DNA from: a bacterium
Lineage (GTDB): Bacteria; UBA8248; JACPRG01; G963555815
Assembly (NCBI GenBank): GCA_965218795.1
Contig: OZ244653.1
Coordinates: 416,001 to 480,000, forward strand
DNA length: 64,000 bases
Direction of reading: 5' to 3'
The notes under the pieces are model-generated. The model was not told the DNA's origin. It was given only the letters and a program-made list of their open reading frames with translations, and did not search any database. Of this stretch, positions 40,311 to 50,704 are shown in pieces. A program made the position numbers and the translations under genes. Numbering within the stretch: position 1 is the first letter of the stretch; each line of letters begins with the position of its first letter.

Positions 40311-41369
40311 ATGGGAAAGCGCGTGAAACCTTGGCGAAAAAAGCTGGCGGAGGCGGATGCCTCCTTGTTGATGCTGTTGAACCAGCGGGCCGGAATCATC
40401 CGGAACCTGCCGAGGACGGAGTTGCCGGCAAAACTCTCCAGTTTGAGCCGAGAGACTCTTTCCGCTCATCAAGGGGAGTTCTCCAAGAGGGCCGCGTCTC
40501 GGGTTTTCGAAGAAATCGACATGGGAATGGCTCCTCTGGGAGAGGAGCAAGAGGTCGCGTTTCTTGGCCCGGAGGGCACCTTTTCCCATCAGGCGGCCCT
40601 CGCCTATTTCGACGAGTCCTGGTCGTATTCGCCCTGCGACGGCCTGGAGGACGTCTTCCGGCGGGTGGAAAGCGGCGACGTGATGAACGGGGTGGTACCC
40701 GCCGAGAATACGATTGAGGGCGTAGTCAATCATACACTGGATCTGCTTCTGGAGGCCTCATTGGAAATTGTCGGTGAGATCGTTGTTCCCATCGACCATT
40801 ACCTTTTGTCGCGCGAGTCATCACTCGATCAGGTGAGGGAGGTGTATTCACATCCGCAGGCTCTGGCTCAGTGCCGCCCGTGGATCTCGTCCAGCATGAT
40901 CGGGGTCAAATTGCGGAAAGCGTCCAGCACGGCCGATGCGGCCTCCAAGGCGCGTCGGAAGAAGCAGTCGGCGGCCATCGCTTCCAGGTGGGCCGCTGAG
41001 CGGTATGGTCTTTCCATCCTCGCCGCTCAGATTGATAAAGTATCCGGGATGGAGCAGAACATCACCCGGTTCCTGGTCCTGGGTCGTCATTCAGCCTCTC
41101 GAACGGGCGAAGACAAGACGTCCATCGCCTTTGCGGTTAAGCACGAAGTCGGTGCGCTGGTCGAGATGCTGAAGCCTTTTTCGAAGCATGGAATCAGTTT
41201 GCTGAAGATTGAGTCCCGTCCGAGCCGGGAAACGCCTTGGGAATACTTGTTTTATGTTGATCTCGAAGGACATGTGGAGGATTCCGCGGTCCGCCAGGCT
41301 CTCCGGGAACTGAAAAAATTCTCGCAATATTACAAGTTACTGGGGTCATACCCGAGGGCGGGACAATGA
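40311..41369 (+). CDS. pheA: Prephenate dehydratase with divergent chorismate-mutase domain
   Basis: FLGPEGTFS, ENTIEG, YSHPQALAQC, NITRF, ACT IESRPS, LGSYP. Confidence 0.93.
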   Translation: MGKRVKPWRKKLAEADASLLMLLNQRAGIIRNLPRTELPAKLSSLSRETLSAHQGEFSKRAASRVFEEIDMGMAPLGEEQEVAFLGPEGTFSHQAALAYFDESWSYSPCDGLEDVFRRVESGDVMNGVVPAENTIEGVVNHTLDLLLEASLEIVGEIVVPIDHYLLSRESSLDQVREVYSHPQALAQCRPWISSSMIGVKLRKASSTADAASKARRKKQSAAIASRWAAERYGLSILAAQIDKVSGMEQNITRFLVLGRHSASRTGEDKTSIAFAVKHEVGALVEMLKPFSKHGISLLKIESRPSRETPWEYLFYVDLEGHVEDSAVRQALRELKKFSQYYKLLGSYPRAGQ

Positions 41370-42457
41370 GCGGGCCGGAAGCCGCGGCACGATCCCGGGA
41401 GATAATTTCATACGATCCGGGAAAACCGATTGAAGAGGTCGAACGGGAGCTGGGGATCTCTGAATCCGTCAAGCTTGCCTCGAACGAGAACCCGCTGGGC
41501 CCTTCTCCCAAGGCTTTGGAGGCCATGGGGTCGGCCCTGGTGGATTTGAACCGATACCCGGATGGAGGCGGTTTCTACCTCAAGGATGCGCTGGCCTCCC
41601 GGTTCGAGTTGTCTCCCGAACAGATGACCCTGGGGAATGGGACCAATGAAGTCTTGGAGAATATAGGGAAGGCATTCTTGGATCCGGGAGACCAGGCCAT
41701 CATGGGCGATGCGGCTTTCATTGTCTTCCACATCGTTTCCCAGCTCTGCCAAGCTGAGCGAATCGTTGTCCCGCTGAAGGATTACGTCCACGACCTGGAG
41801 GAAATGGCGAGACGGGTGACGCCGAAGACGAAACTGATCTTTGTCGCCAACCCGAACAATCCTACGGGTACCGCCGTTGGGGAAACCCGCCTGAAGGCGT
41901 TTCTGGACAGCGTGCCGGAGCGCATCGTGGTGGTGTTGGACGAGGCCTACGCGCAATATCCCACCATGGATGATTTCCCGGATGGTTTCAGGCTGATTCG
42001 GGATTTTCCGAACCTGTTCGTGCTCAGGACCTTCTCGAAGATCTATGGCCTGGCGGGGATTCGGATCGGTTTCGGGGCGGGACACCCCGAGTGCATCAAG
42101 AGCGTCGAGAAGCTTCGGGAGCCTTTCAATGTCAACAGCCTGGCCCTTGCAGGGGCTCGGGCCGCCCTGGAAGACAACGATCACGTTCAGAAAACCAGGG
42201 CGGTCAATGCCTCGGGCCTGGACTACTTGTACAAAAAGTTGGACGAGATGGGCGTCCCTTGTGTATCCAGTCAGGCCAATTTTCTGTTGGTGGAAGTCGG
42301 CGACGGCGTTCAGGTTTTTGAAAAACTCCTGCGCGAGGGCGTCATTGTTCGGCCGGTGAAGGGATACGGCTTGCCGGCGCACATCCGGGTCACGGTGGGC
42401 CTGCCGAAAGAAAACAAGCGATTCGTAGAAGCCCTGAGAAGGGTTCTCAATCCCTAG
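41366..42457 (+). CDS. hisC: Histidinol-phosphate aminotransferase
   Basis: KLASNENPLG, NPNNPTG, DEAY, RTFSKIYGLAGIRIG. Confidence 0.95.
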   Translation: MSGPEAAARSREIISYDPGKPIEEVERELGISESVKLASNENPLGPSPKALEAMGSALVDLNRYPDGGGFYLKDALASRFELSPEQMTLGNGTNEVLENIGKAFLDPGDQAIMGDAAFIVFHIVSQLCQAERIVVPLKDYVHDLEEMARRVTPKTKLIFVANPNNPTGTAVGETRLKAFLDSVPERIVVVLDEAYAQYPTMDDFPDGFRLIRDFPNLFVLRTFSKIYGLAGIRIGFGAGHPECIKSVEKLREPFNVNSLALAGARAALEDNDHVQKTRAVNASGLDYLYKKLDEMGVPCVSSQANFLLVEVGDGVQVFEKLLREGVIVRPVKGYGLPAHIRVTVGLPKENKRFVEALRRVLNP

Positions 42458-42477
42458 CGTTTTCCCCCTAGATTTCT

Positions 42478-44148
42478 ATGACACCTGAACGGACGGGAAA
42501 AAGCTCTTCCACGGGATCTGACTGGTTCGAGCGTCTCGCTCTGGTTGGCGTGGGCCTCATCGGCGGCTCATTGGCCCGAGACCTTCGCGCGCTGGGCCGC
42601 GTGGGGGAGATCGTTGGATGCAGCCGCACAGTTGAAACTTTGACCAAGGCCCGAGGGCTTGGTGTCATCGACCGGGGCGAACATGACCCGGCAGCGGCTG
42701 TTGAGGGCGCAGATCTGATTGTCGTGGCCGTCCCGATGGGTGTGGCGGCCGAGGTGACGCGGAAGGTTCTCCCCCACTGTGCATCCGGCTCCCTTTTGAC
42801 CGACGTTGGAAGCGTCAAGGGCGCCTATGTGCGCGCTGTTGAGAATTGGGTCCCCGAGGGGGTCCTGTTTGTCGGGGGACATCCCATCGCAGGCACGGAA
42901 CACGCCGGCGTGGAAGCGTCCTTTGAGGGAATGTTTCGGAATGCCAAGTGCGTCTTGACGCCGACAGACCGGACATCCCCCGAAGCGGTCCGGTCCTGCC
43001 GGGCCATGTGGGAATGCGTCGGCGCTCGAGTGTATCAGATGGATCCGGATCGGCATGATGACATCCTCGGAGCGGTCAGCCATATCCCCCACATACTTGC
43101 CTACTCGGCCATGAACGCTTTGCCGGATGATGCCCTCAAAGGTTTCTCAGGCGGAGGGTTTCGTGATTTCTCTCGAATCGCCTCCTCCGATCCGGTCATG
43201 TGGCGCGATATATGCCTCTCGAACCGGGAGGCGATTCTTCGCTGGATTTCGCGCTATGAGGATGCCTTGGGAGAAATTCGGAACCTGATCTCCACAGGGG
43301 ACGGAGTCCGCCTTGAAAAGATCCTTCGTTTGGCTAAAAAGCGGCGAGACGCTCTTGTGGTTCCGGAAAGCGCTCCAGAGGTCGACCAGCTCCCGAAACT
43401 TAGACGGGGCGAGGGGGTTCGGGTCGCGCGGGCGAGGGGTTTTCACGAAATGGTTGGGAATGTAACCATCATAAGTGTCGATGGCCCTGCCGGGGCCGGG
43501 AAGAGCACGGCGAGTCGGGGTCTGGCTCAACGTCTGGGATTTCGCTATTTCGATACCGGTTCGGTTTATCGTGCCTTGGCGTGGCGGGCCCGGCATCAAG
43601 GGGTGGATTGGGGGGCCCCGGAAGAAGAACTCGCCGACCTGTGCCAAGACCTGCTCTTGAGGTTTGAGCGGGGGGATAGGAGCGTAGAGGATTGGCGAAT
43701 ACTGGTCAATGGAGAGGATTTGGCTCTGGAATTGAAGAGTGAGGAGATCGGCAGGGGGGCATCCATTGTTTCCGCTCGTCCGAAGGTTCGCGAGGCTCTT
43801 CTGGGACTCCAGCGAAGAGAAGCGAAACCTCCCGGGTTAGTCATGGAAGGCAGGGATGTGGGGACGGTCGTCTTTCCGGGGGCATCATTGAAGTTTTTCG
43901 TCACTGCAGATCCGAAGACGCGGGCCCAGCGGCGGTGGCTCGAAATGCAACGATTGGGACTGGAAGGAGACGTCGAATCGGTGGAAAACGAGATCAGGAC
44001 CCGGGATGAACGGGATCGAACCAGGAAAGTGGCCCCTCTGGTACCCGCAACGGATGCCGTGATCATCGAGACGACTCAAATGAATGTTGACGAAGTTGTT
44101 GAAAATATGGTAGATATAATTCTCCAGCATTTACCCGCTCGGTTTTGA
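42478..44148 (+). CDS. Prephenate dehydrogenase-cytidylate kinase fusion (TyrA-Cmk)
   Basis: N-term GVGLIGGS, DVGSVK, HPIAG, SHIPH, GFRDFSRIA; C-term DGPAGAGKST, DTGSVYR, EGRDVGT, RDERD; one uninterrupted ORF. Confidence 0.9.
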   Translation: MTPERTGKSSSTGSDWFERLALVGVGLIGGSLARDLRALGRVGEIVGCSRTVETLTKARGLGVIDRGEHDPAAAVEGADLIVVAVPMGVAAEVTRKVLPHCASGSLLTDVGSVKGAYVRAVENWVPEGVLFVGGHPIAGTEHAGVEASFEGMFRNAKCVLTPTDRTSPEAVRSCRAMWECVGARVYQMDPDRHDDILGAVSHIPHILAYSAMNALPDDALKGFSGGGFRDFSRIASSDPVMWRDICLSNREAILRWISRYEDALGEIRNLISTGDGVRLEKILRLAKKRRDALVVPESAPEVDQLPKLRRGEGVRVARARGFHEMVGNVTIISVDGPAGAGKSTASRGLAQRLGFRYFDTGSVYRALAWRARHQGVDWGAPEEELADLCQDLLLRFERGDRSVEDWRILVNGEDLALELKSEEIGRGASIVSARPKVREALLGLQRREAKPPGLVMEGRDVGTVVFPGASLKFFVTADPKTRAQRRWLEMQRLGLEGDVESVENEIRTRDERDRTRKVAPLVPATDAVIIETTQMNVDEVVENMVDIILQHLPARF

Positions 44149-44259
44149 GATGAGTCATGGGATATCCCGTGAGGGGGATTTTCTCGCCGGTGCCGGCTCC
44201 CCACAGGCACTGTTGCGAGTCAAAGCCGGGTAATCTTATCCCGGGGGAAGAGAGATGGT

Positions 44260-46359
44260 ATGGCTGAAGATTTAGAAAAGACGATGGTGGAGACTGTGGA
44301 GCAGGCAGGGCAAGAAGTGGTGGAGAAGAGTCCTTCTCCTGAAGAATCCTCGCCGCTCTCCGGTGATTCCGCTGAAGTGAGTAGTGAAGGAGGCGCGGTT
44401 GAAGCCGCCCCTTCGATAGCTTTGGTCATCCCGGACAATTTGGAATCGCTCGGCGAGGAAGCCATCACCAAGATCTATGAAGATTCTCTGGAAAGCATCA
44501 AGGAAGGGCAGGTCATCCGCGGTGTGGTCGTCTCCCTTGAGCGCGAGCACGTCGTTGTGGACATCGGGTACAAATCGGAGGGAGCCATCGCCCTGGATGA
44601 GTTTTCCAATCGAGGGCGAGACCTGAAAGTTGGAGAGGAAGTCGATGTCTTTCTTGAAACCAGGGAAGACAACGAGGGGCGGGTCGTCCTTTCCAAGGAG
44701 AAAGCGAACCGCATCAAAGTCTGGGACCAGATCAGCGATGCCTATGAGAAGGAGGAAACGGTCACGGGAACGGTCGTGGCCCGGATCAAGGGAGGTCTGA
44801 CAGTGGATGTGGGCGTCCGGGCATTTTTGCCGGGCTCCCAGGTGGACCTCCGCCCTGCACGCAGTCTGGACCAGTACATTGGGCAGTCCCTGGAAATGCG
44901 GATCATCAAGTTGAACCGCAATCGGGGCAACATTGTCCTCTCGCGCAGAGTGCTTCTGGAGGACGAACGGTCCATGCTGAAGGCGAAGACGCTGGAGACG
45001 TTGGAGGAAGGACAGGTTGTCGAGGGCGTGGTGAAGAACATCACCGATTATGGCGCTTTCATCGATCTGGGAGGCCTCGACGGACTTCTTCATATCACCG
45101 ATATGTCTTGGGGACGCGTCGGACATCCTTCCGAAATGTTCAAAATTGGAGACACGGCCAAGGTCGTGGTTCTAAAGTTCGATCGGGACCGTGAGCGAGT
45201 CAGCCTTGGCCATAAGCAGATTACACATGACCCGTGGGAAGATGTGGATATGAAGTACCCCGCGGGAACCCGTATCAACGGACGCGTGGTCAGCATAGCC
45301 GATTATGGCGCCTTCATCGAGTTGGAGGAGGGGGTCGAAGGCTTGGTGCACGTATCGGAAATGACTTGGTCCCGCCGCATGCGGCACCCCTCCAAGATTG
45401 TTTCCGTAGGTGATACGGTAGAGGCGGTTGTGTTGAATGTGGATAAGGAGAACAAGCGGATCTCCCTGGGGATGAAGCAAACCGAGGAAAATCCCTGGCT
45501 CAAGATCCAGGATAGTTATCCCGTTGGCGCGAGCGTAAAGGGCCGCGTTCGGAACATGACGGATTTCGGTGCTTTCCTGGCGTTGGATGAAGGTATCGAC
45601 GGGTTGATCCATATTTCCGATATGTCCTGGACACAACGGATCAAGCACCCGTCGGAGCTCCTGAAGAAGGGTCAGGAAGTCGAGGCGGTGGTGCTCAACA
45701 TCGATATCGAGAACGAGCGCCTTTCCCTGGGGTTGAAGCAGGCAGGGGAGAATCCCTGGGACAGGATTGAAGAGCATCACCAAGTCGGAGAAAACGTAGA
45801 GGCCGCCATTGTCAAGGTTGTCAATTTCGGTGCCTTTGCCGCCTTGGATGACGGGATGGAAGGCTTGATTCACGTATCCGAACTGGCCGAGGGAAAGGTG
45901 GAACGACCGGAAGACATCGTTGCTGTGGGAGAGAATTACTCGGTCAAGATCATCAAGATCGATCAGGAAGAGCGAAAGCTGGGCCTCAGCCTTCGGGCCT
46001 ATATCGAAGAGCACGGAGAGCCCGAGGAGTGGAAGGAACGCCGAGAGCGCCGACTGGAAGCCAGTGATCAGGCCGCAGAGGAGCCGAAGGGGCCGAAAAC
46101 GGATGGGGAATCCGCATCAGCAGCGGAGGATCCCGAGGCTGAACCCGAAGAGGCGCTCGAGGCGACAACTGGGTTGGATTCAGAAGGGACGGGCCCCGAA
46201 TCGGAAGAGGCTGGCACTGAGGATGTTTCCGCGGAAGAACATCCTTCGGAGGCTGAAGAGAGAGAGGGGGTTATCGAAGAAGGTGACAGTTCCTTTGAGC
46301 CCGGGGATGAAAGCGCCGGCCATCCGGCGGAGGGGTCGGAAGATAGAACGGAGGTTTAG
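44260..46359 (+). CDS. rpsA: 30S ribosomal protein S1 with acidic extensions
   Basis: Six S1 repeats (YKSEG, AFLPGSQVD, DGLLHITDMSW, EGLVHVSE, DGLIHISD, EGLIHVSE). Confidence 0.97.
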   Translation: MAEDLEKTMVETVEQAGQEVVEKSPSPEESSPLSGDSAEVSSEGGAVEAAPSIALVIPDNLESLGEEAITKIYEDSLESIKEGQVIRGVVVSLEREHVVVDIGYKSEGAIALDEFSNRGRDLKVGEEVDVFLETREDNEGRVVLSKEKANRIKVWDQISDAYEKEETVTGTVVARIKGGLTVDVGVRAFLPGSQVDLRPARSLDQYIGQSLEMRIIKLNRNRGNIVLSRRVLLEDERSMLKAKTLETLEEGQVVEGVVKNITDYGAFIDLGGLDGLLHITDMSWGRVGHPSEMFKIGDTAKVVVLKFDRDRERVSLGHKQITHDPWEDVDMKYPAGTRINGRVVSIADYGAFIELEEGVEGLVHVSEMTWSRRMRHPSKIVSVGDTVEAVVLNVDKENKRISLGMKQTEENPWLKIQDSYPVGASVKGRVRNMTDFGAFLALDEGIDGLIHISDMSWTQRIKHPSELLKKGQEVEAVVLNIDIENERLSLGLKQAGENPWDRIEEHHQVGENVEAAIVKVVNFGAFAALDDGMEGLIHVSELAEGKVERPEDIVAVGENYSVKIIKIDQEERKLGLSLRAYIEEHGEPEEWKERRERRLEASDQAAEEPKGPKTDGESASAAEDPEAEPEEALEATTGLDSEGTGPESEEAGTEDVSAEEHPSEAEEREGVIEEGDSSFEPGDESAGHPAEGSEDRTEV

Positions 46360-46391
46360 TCCAAAGACCTTTTTCGGGAGTTGGACCTAGC

Positions 46392-47294
46392 GTGGAAGGC
46401 CAGATCGAGAAGAAAAGACCTCGACGTTGGGGCCGCCGGATGGTTTGGATCCTGGTCCTGCTCTTGTTGGGGGCGGGGTTGCTGAATTACATCGGCGGCA
46501 ATGCGGCCAACCTCCGAAAGAAAGATAAGGTCGCCCTGATTCGGATCGAGGGCCCCATCTTAAGCGGCAAAAACATTGTCCGCCTGATTGAAAAGTATCA
46601 AGAGAATCCTTCCATCCGGGCGTTGGTGGTGCAAGTGAATAGTCCGGGAGGAGGGGTCGCCGCCTCTCAGGAAATTTATCACGCGCTGCTTCGTTTTCGA
46701 GAGAGCGGAAAATCGGTGCTCTCCTCCATGGAGAGCGTCGCCGCTTCGGGTGGGTACTATGTGGCCCTGGCCTCCGACAAGATTTTCGCCAATGCAGGCA
46801 CAATCACCGGCAGCATCGGTGTGATTTTGCAAGTGGGAAACGTGGAAGGTTTATTGAAGAAGGTGGGCCTGAAGGTCGAGGTCGTGAAAAGCGGCGAGTA
46901 CAAGGACGTAGGTTCTCCCCTGCGGCCGTTGTCGGAGAAGGATCGAGAGATACTCGAGCAAGTCATCGATGATGCCTATGAGCAATTTGTTCAGGTCGTG
47001 GCAACGGGGAGAAAGCTGCCGATCAGTCGAGTCAAAGAGATTGCGGACGGCCGGATTTTCAGCGGGGAGCGCGCGAAACGGTTGGGATTGGTGGACGAGA
47101 TCGGGACATTGAGTGACTCCATTCGAGAGGCGGGAAAAATGGCCGGCATTCCGGGGCGTCCTCAAATTCAAGAAGAACGGCCCCTGAAGGGTTGGATCGA
47201 ACGATTGATCCGCGGAATGTGGCCTTCGGCATGGATGTCAGAGCAATTGCCCGTTAGGCGGGGGCTTCAATATCTCTGGACCTATCCGTCCTGA
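46392..47294 (+). CDS. sppA: Signal peptide peptidase SppA (36K type)
   Basis: NSPGGG, AASGGYY, TGSIGV, KSGEYKD, ADGRIFSG. Confidence 0.95.
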   Translation: MEGQIEKKRPRRWGRRMVWILVLLLLGAGLLNYIGGNAANLRKKDKVALIRIEGPILSGKNIVRLIEKYQENPSIRALVVQVNSPGGGVAASQEIYHALLRFRESGKSVLSSMESVAASGGYYVALASDKIFANAGTITGSIGVILQVGNVEGLLKKVGLKVEVVKSGEYKDVGSPLRPLSEKDREILEQVIDDAYEQFVQVVATGRKLPISRVKEIADGRIFSGERAKRLGLVDEIGTLSDSIREAGKMAGIPGRPQIQEERPLKGWIERLIRGMWPSAWMSEQLPVRRGLQYLWTYPS

Positions 47295-47359
47295 AGGAGA
47301 GTGAAGGCTCCCGGAATGGAGCGGGGAACGCTGGCGCGGCGGTCGGGAGGTACGTGCGC

Positions 47360-47677
47360 ATGACAAAGGCGGAGTTGGTTGAGAAGGTCGCCGATCAGAT
47401 TGATCTGACGAAGAAAGAAACGGAGAGAATCGTCAATATCGTCTTTGGTTGTGTGGTGGATGCGCTTAGCCAAAGCGATAAGGTGGAGTTGAGGGGTTTT
47501 GGCAGCTTCCGCGTCCGAGACCTCGACCCGCGGGACGGCCGAAATCCAAAGACGGGGACGACGGTGAAAATTCCCGCAAAGAAGGTGCCGTTCTTCAAGG
47601 CAGGAAAAGATCTCCGTGAAATGGTCAACGTCGAATCGGAAACACTGTCCCACGAGACGGCCGGTATACCGCGTTGA
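47360..47677 (+). CDS. ihfB: Integration host factor beta / HU-family protein
   Basis: MTKAEL, VELRGFGSF, GRNPKTG, PFFKAGK; rpsA-sppA-ihfB synteny. Confidence 0.88.
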   Translation: MTKAELVEKVADQIDLTKKETERIVNIVFGCVVDALSQSDKVELRGFGSFRVRDLDPRDGRNPKTGTTVKIPAKKVPFFKAGKDLREMVNVESETLSHETAGIPR

Positions 47678-48006
47678 GCAGGCGGCTGGCTTCAGCGGCG
47701 CGGAAGCTGCAGCGATTTTCGATCCTCTAACATTACTTCCGGCCTGAAAACCCGTACTCGATTGATCCAATCCCGAAGACCCAATGGATTTCCCTCCTCT
47801 CAAGCTGGTCGAGGTTGGGGCATGGCTAGGTGAAAGGCTCGATCTCGGGAGATGTTTGCGGCATGCAGGCTGCCAGTCGAGTTGTGAACGGTTCAGATAG
47901 CATTGACCGGTGCCCGTTGCATCCGGAAAGGCTCTTCCCCTTGTCAGCTTGGGATTCCACGAAGAATCGGCAGGTTATCCGGAGTGCATCCTGACGTTGA
48001 GGGACA

Positions 48007-48993
48007 ATGAATATCGACATGATGGATTCTTCCGAAATCCCGGTGGTTGCCATCCTGGGCGCGACGGCGTCCGGTAAGCATGCTGTGGCCCTTAGGCTGG
48101 CGGAGAAAATTCCGGTCGAGTTGGTTTCGGTCGATTCGATGAAGATTTACCGGGGCATGGATATTGGTACGGCCAAACCAACAAAAGAGCAACGTCGGCA
48201 ACTCCACCACCATATGCTGGATTTGACCGATCCGGACGAGCCTTACACGGCCGCCCGGTTTGGACGGGAGGCACGCGCCGTCATTCGAGGGATTGCCGGC
48301 CGGGAAAGAGTTCCTCTTCTCGTAGGCGGCAGCGGGATGTATCTGAGAGCGATATTCGGGTGGATTTTCCCCGGTCCGGAAGGAGACCCCGACATCCGTG
48401 AACGGCTTCAGGCCGAAGCTTCCGCTCAAGGAGTGGAAGCGCTGCATGCAAGACTGGTTGAGATTGATCCGGAGAAGGCAGAGATCATCCATCAGCGGGA
48501 TCTCAAGCGAATCGTCCGGGCCCTGGAAGTCTACGAGATGACGGGAATCACTCTCTCCCGTCACCACGCAGATCATTCACGAGACGCGCCTGCCTTTACC
48601 GAGCCCCTTCTTCTCTGCCTTCGATGGGAACGCGAGGCGCTTTATCAAAGGATCAACGACAGGGTGCGTTCCATGGTGGACGCCGGTTGGCTCCAGGAGG
48701 CGAACGCCCTCTGTCAGAGAAAATTTCCCCCGGACTTGCCCGCTCTCCGGGCACTTGGCTATGCAGACTTGTGGCGACACCTGCAGGGGGAGATCGGGCT
48801 GGAGGAAACCATCGAAGTCATCCAGAGAAAAACGAGGCAGTTCGCGAAACGGCAAATGCTCTGGTTCCGGGGGATGCCGGATGTTGATTGGATCGATGTC
48901 TCGGATGGGAGTCTGAGTGATGCTGTCGGGAGAACGGCGAAACGGATAGAAGCTTACTTGAGAAGGCATCATGGAGTCCTGCACCGGGTATAG
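48007..48993 (+). CDS. miaA: tRNA dimethylallyltransferase
   Basis: GATASGK, DSMKIYRGMDIGTAKP, VGGSGMY, RALEV, FAKRQ.WFR. Confidence 0.96.
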   Translation: MNIDMMDSSEIPVVAILGATASGKHAVALRLAEKIPVELVSVDSMKIYRGMDIGTAKPTKEQRRQLHHHMLDLTDPDEPYTAARFGREARAVIRGIAGRERVPLLVGGSGMYLRAIFGWIFPGPEGDPDIRERLQAEASAQGVEALHARLVEIDPEKAEIIHQRDLKRIVRALEVYEMTGITLSRHHADHSRDAPAFTEPLLLCLRWEREALYQRINDRVRSMVDAGWLQEANALCQRKFPPDLPALRALGYADLWRHLQGEIGLEETIEVIQRKTRQFAKRQMLWFRGMPDVDWIDVSDGSLSDAVGRTAKRIEAYLRRHHGVLHRV

Positions 48994-49600
48994 TGGTTCT
49001 TGGGAGACCGTGGAGGCGGATGAATTGCTCGTGATCCTGATCGGGTCCAAGGCGTGCGGCAAATCGACCGTCGGGTCGAAGCTTGCCCGGATGTTGGCGT
49101 TGCCGTTTGAGGATGCGGACGATGTGTTGGAGTCGGCCTACGCCGATCGGATTGGAGCGCGTCTGGGTTTCCGTGAGATCTATCGAAAGGAAGGCCCCGA
49201 AGCGTTCGCGACGCTTGAAGCGGAGGCGGTTGGGAGATGCCTGCGGGCGGGAGACCGGGTTGTGGCTCTCGGAGGCGGCGCGCCGGCGAGGATCGATCTG
49301 GATTCTCAGTTGGATGAAGGATCTCTGGTTGTCTATCTGACGGTGCCGGAAGACGTCCTGTGGGGGCGCATGATCCGGGATGGATTGCCGGCCTATCTGG
49401 ATCCCGGGAACCCGAGAGAGGATTTTCGAAGAAATCTAGGCGAGCGGATTCCTCTTTATGAACGCCTGGCCGATTTGAGAATCGACGCGAATCGGGATCC
49501 CGCGATGGTGGCCGAAGAGATCGCGGCCGAAGTCAACGTCATTCTTCAAGAGCGGAAAACGACGCCATCTCCTGACAAAAACCTTGGAGGCTCTTCTTGA
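48971..49600 (+). CDS. aroK: Shikimate kinase
   Basis: [10 protein letters not shown]-loop, D.D, G...F...E, ALGGG, R...Y; start uncertain. Confidence 0.85.
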   Translation: MESCTGYSGSWETVEADELLVILIGSKACGKSTVGSKLARMLALPFEDADDVLESAYADRIGARLGFREIYRKEGPEAFATLEAEAVGRCLRAGDRVVALGGGAPARIDLDSQLDEGSLVVYLTVPEDVLWGRMIRDGLPAYLDPGNPREDFRRNLGERIPLYERLADLRIDANRDPAMVAEEIAAEVNVILQERKTTPSPDKNLGGSS

Positions 49601-50703
49601 GCGGGAGCACGTTCGGCGAGAGATACCGGGTAACCACGTGGGGCGAGTCCCATGGGCGGGCATTAGGCGCCGTCGTAGATGGATGTCCGGCCGGTCTGGA
49701 ATTGTCCGATGCGGACATTCAGCCGGATCTCGATCACCGCCGTCCGGGGCAGAGCCGCGTCACAACGCAGCGAAAGGAGAGCGACCGGGTCGAGATTCTG
49801 TCCGGTCTGTTCGAAGGGAAAACCACGGGGACCCCCATCTCGCTCATGTTTCGAAACGAGGACGCCGATTCCTCCAAGTACGATGAAATCCGGGATCTCT
49901 TCAGGCCAGGCCATGCGGATTACACCTATCTTGCCAAATACGGACTGCGCGACCATCGGGGCGGGGGAAGGGCCAGCGCGCGGGAGACCGCCGCGCGGGT
50001 GGCTGCAGGCGCGATTGCGCGAAAGTATTTGGGCCTCCAGGGAATTCGGACCCTTGCGATGATCCGGCAAGTGGGGGGCATCCATTGGGAGCCGCCGGAG
50101 GACTCCGGCTCCATCGCGCGCGATGCCGTTTACGCGAGTATTGTCCGCTGCCCGGACGATGAGATTTCGGAGCGGATGATCGCGGCCATCAATGAAGCGC
50201 GCAAAGATGGCGATTCTGTCGGTGCGGTGGTGGAGGCCCGGGCCGTAGGGGTGCCTGCGGGATTGGGGGAGCCTGTGTTCGACAAGCTCGACGCGGACCT
50301 GGCGAAGGCCTTCATGAGCATTCATGCGGTCAAGGGGGTCGAGATCGGATCGGGATTCCGGGCCGCATCCATGCGGGGATCGGAACATAACGATGAGATG
50401 GTCGGAGCCGGTGATCGACCGGCGTTTCGATCCAATTGGTCGGGCGGGGTGCTGGGAGGCATCTCGTCGGGCCAGGAAATTGTGATCAGGCTCGCAGTGA
50501 AGCCCGCCTCATCGATTCTGAAGGAGCAGGAGACGGTGGACGTCGAGTTGAACCCGCGGACAATCCGCGTCGAGGGGCGCCACGACCCCTGCGTGGGCCC
50601 GCGCGCCGTTGTCGTCGCCGAGGCGAGTTTGTGTATCGTCCTCATGGATCATTGGCTTCGCCGGTTCGGGGAAAGGGGCGTATCAGGGGAGGAGACGGTC
50701 TGA
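49597..50703 (+). CDS. aroC: Chorismate synthase
   Basis: [35 protein letters not shown]. Confidence 0.97.
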   Translation: MSGSTFGERYRVTTWGESHGRALGAVVDGCPAGLELSDADIQPDLDHRRPGQSRVTTQRKESDRVEILSGLFEGKTTGTPISLMFRNEDADSSKYDEIRDLFRPGHADYTYLAKYGLRDHRGGGRASARETAARVAAGAIARKYLGLQGIRTLAMIRQVGGIHWEPPEDSGSIARDAVYASIVRCPDDEISERMIAAINEARKDGDSVGAVVEARAVGVPAGLGEPVFDKLDADLAKAFMSIHAVKGVEIGSGFRAASMRGSEHNDEMVGAGDRPAFRSNWSGGVLGGISSGQEIVIRLAVKPASSILKEQETVDVELNPRTIRVEGRHDPCVGPRAVVVAEASLCIVLMDHWLRRFGERGVSGEETV

Positions 50704-50704
50704 G

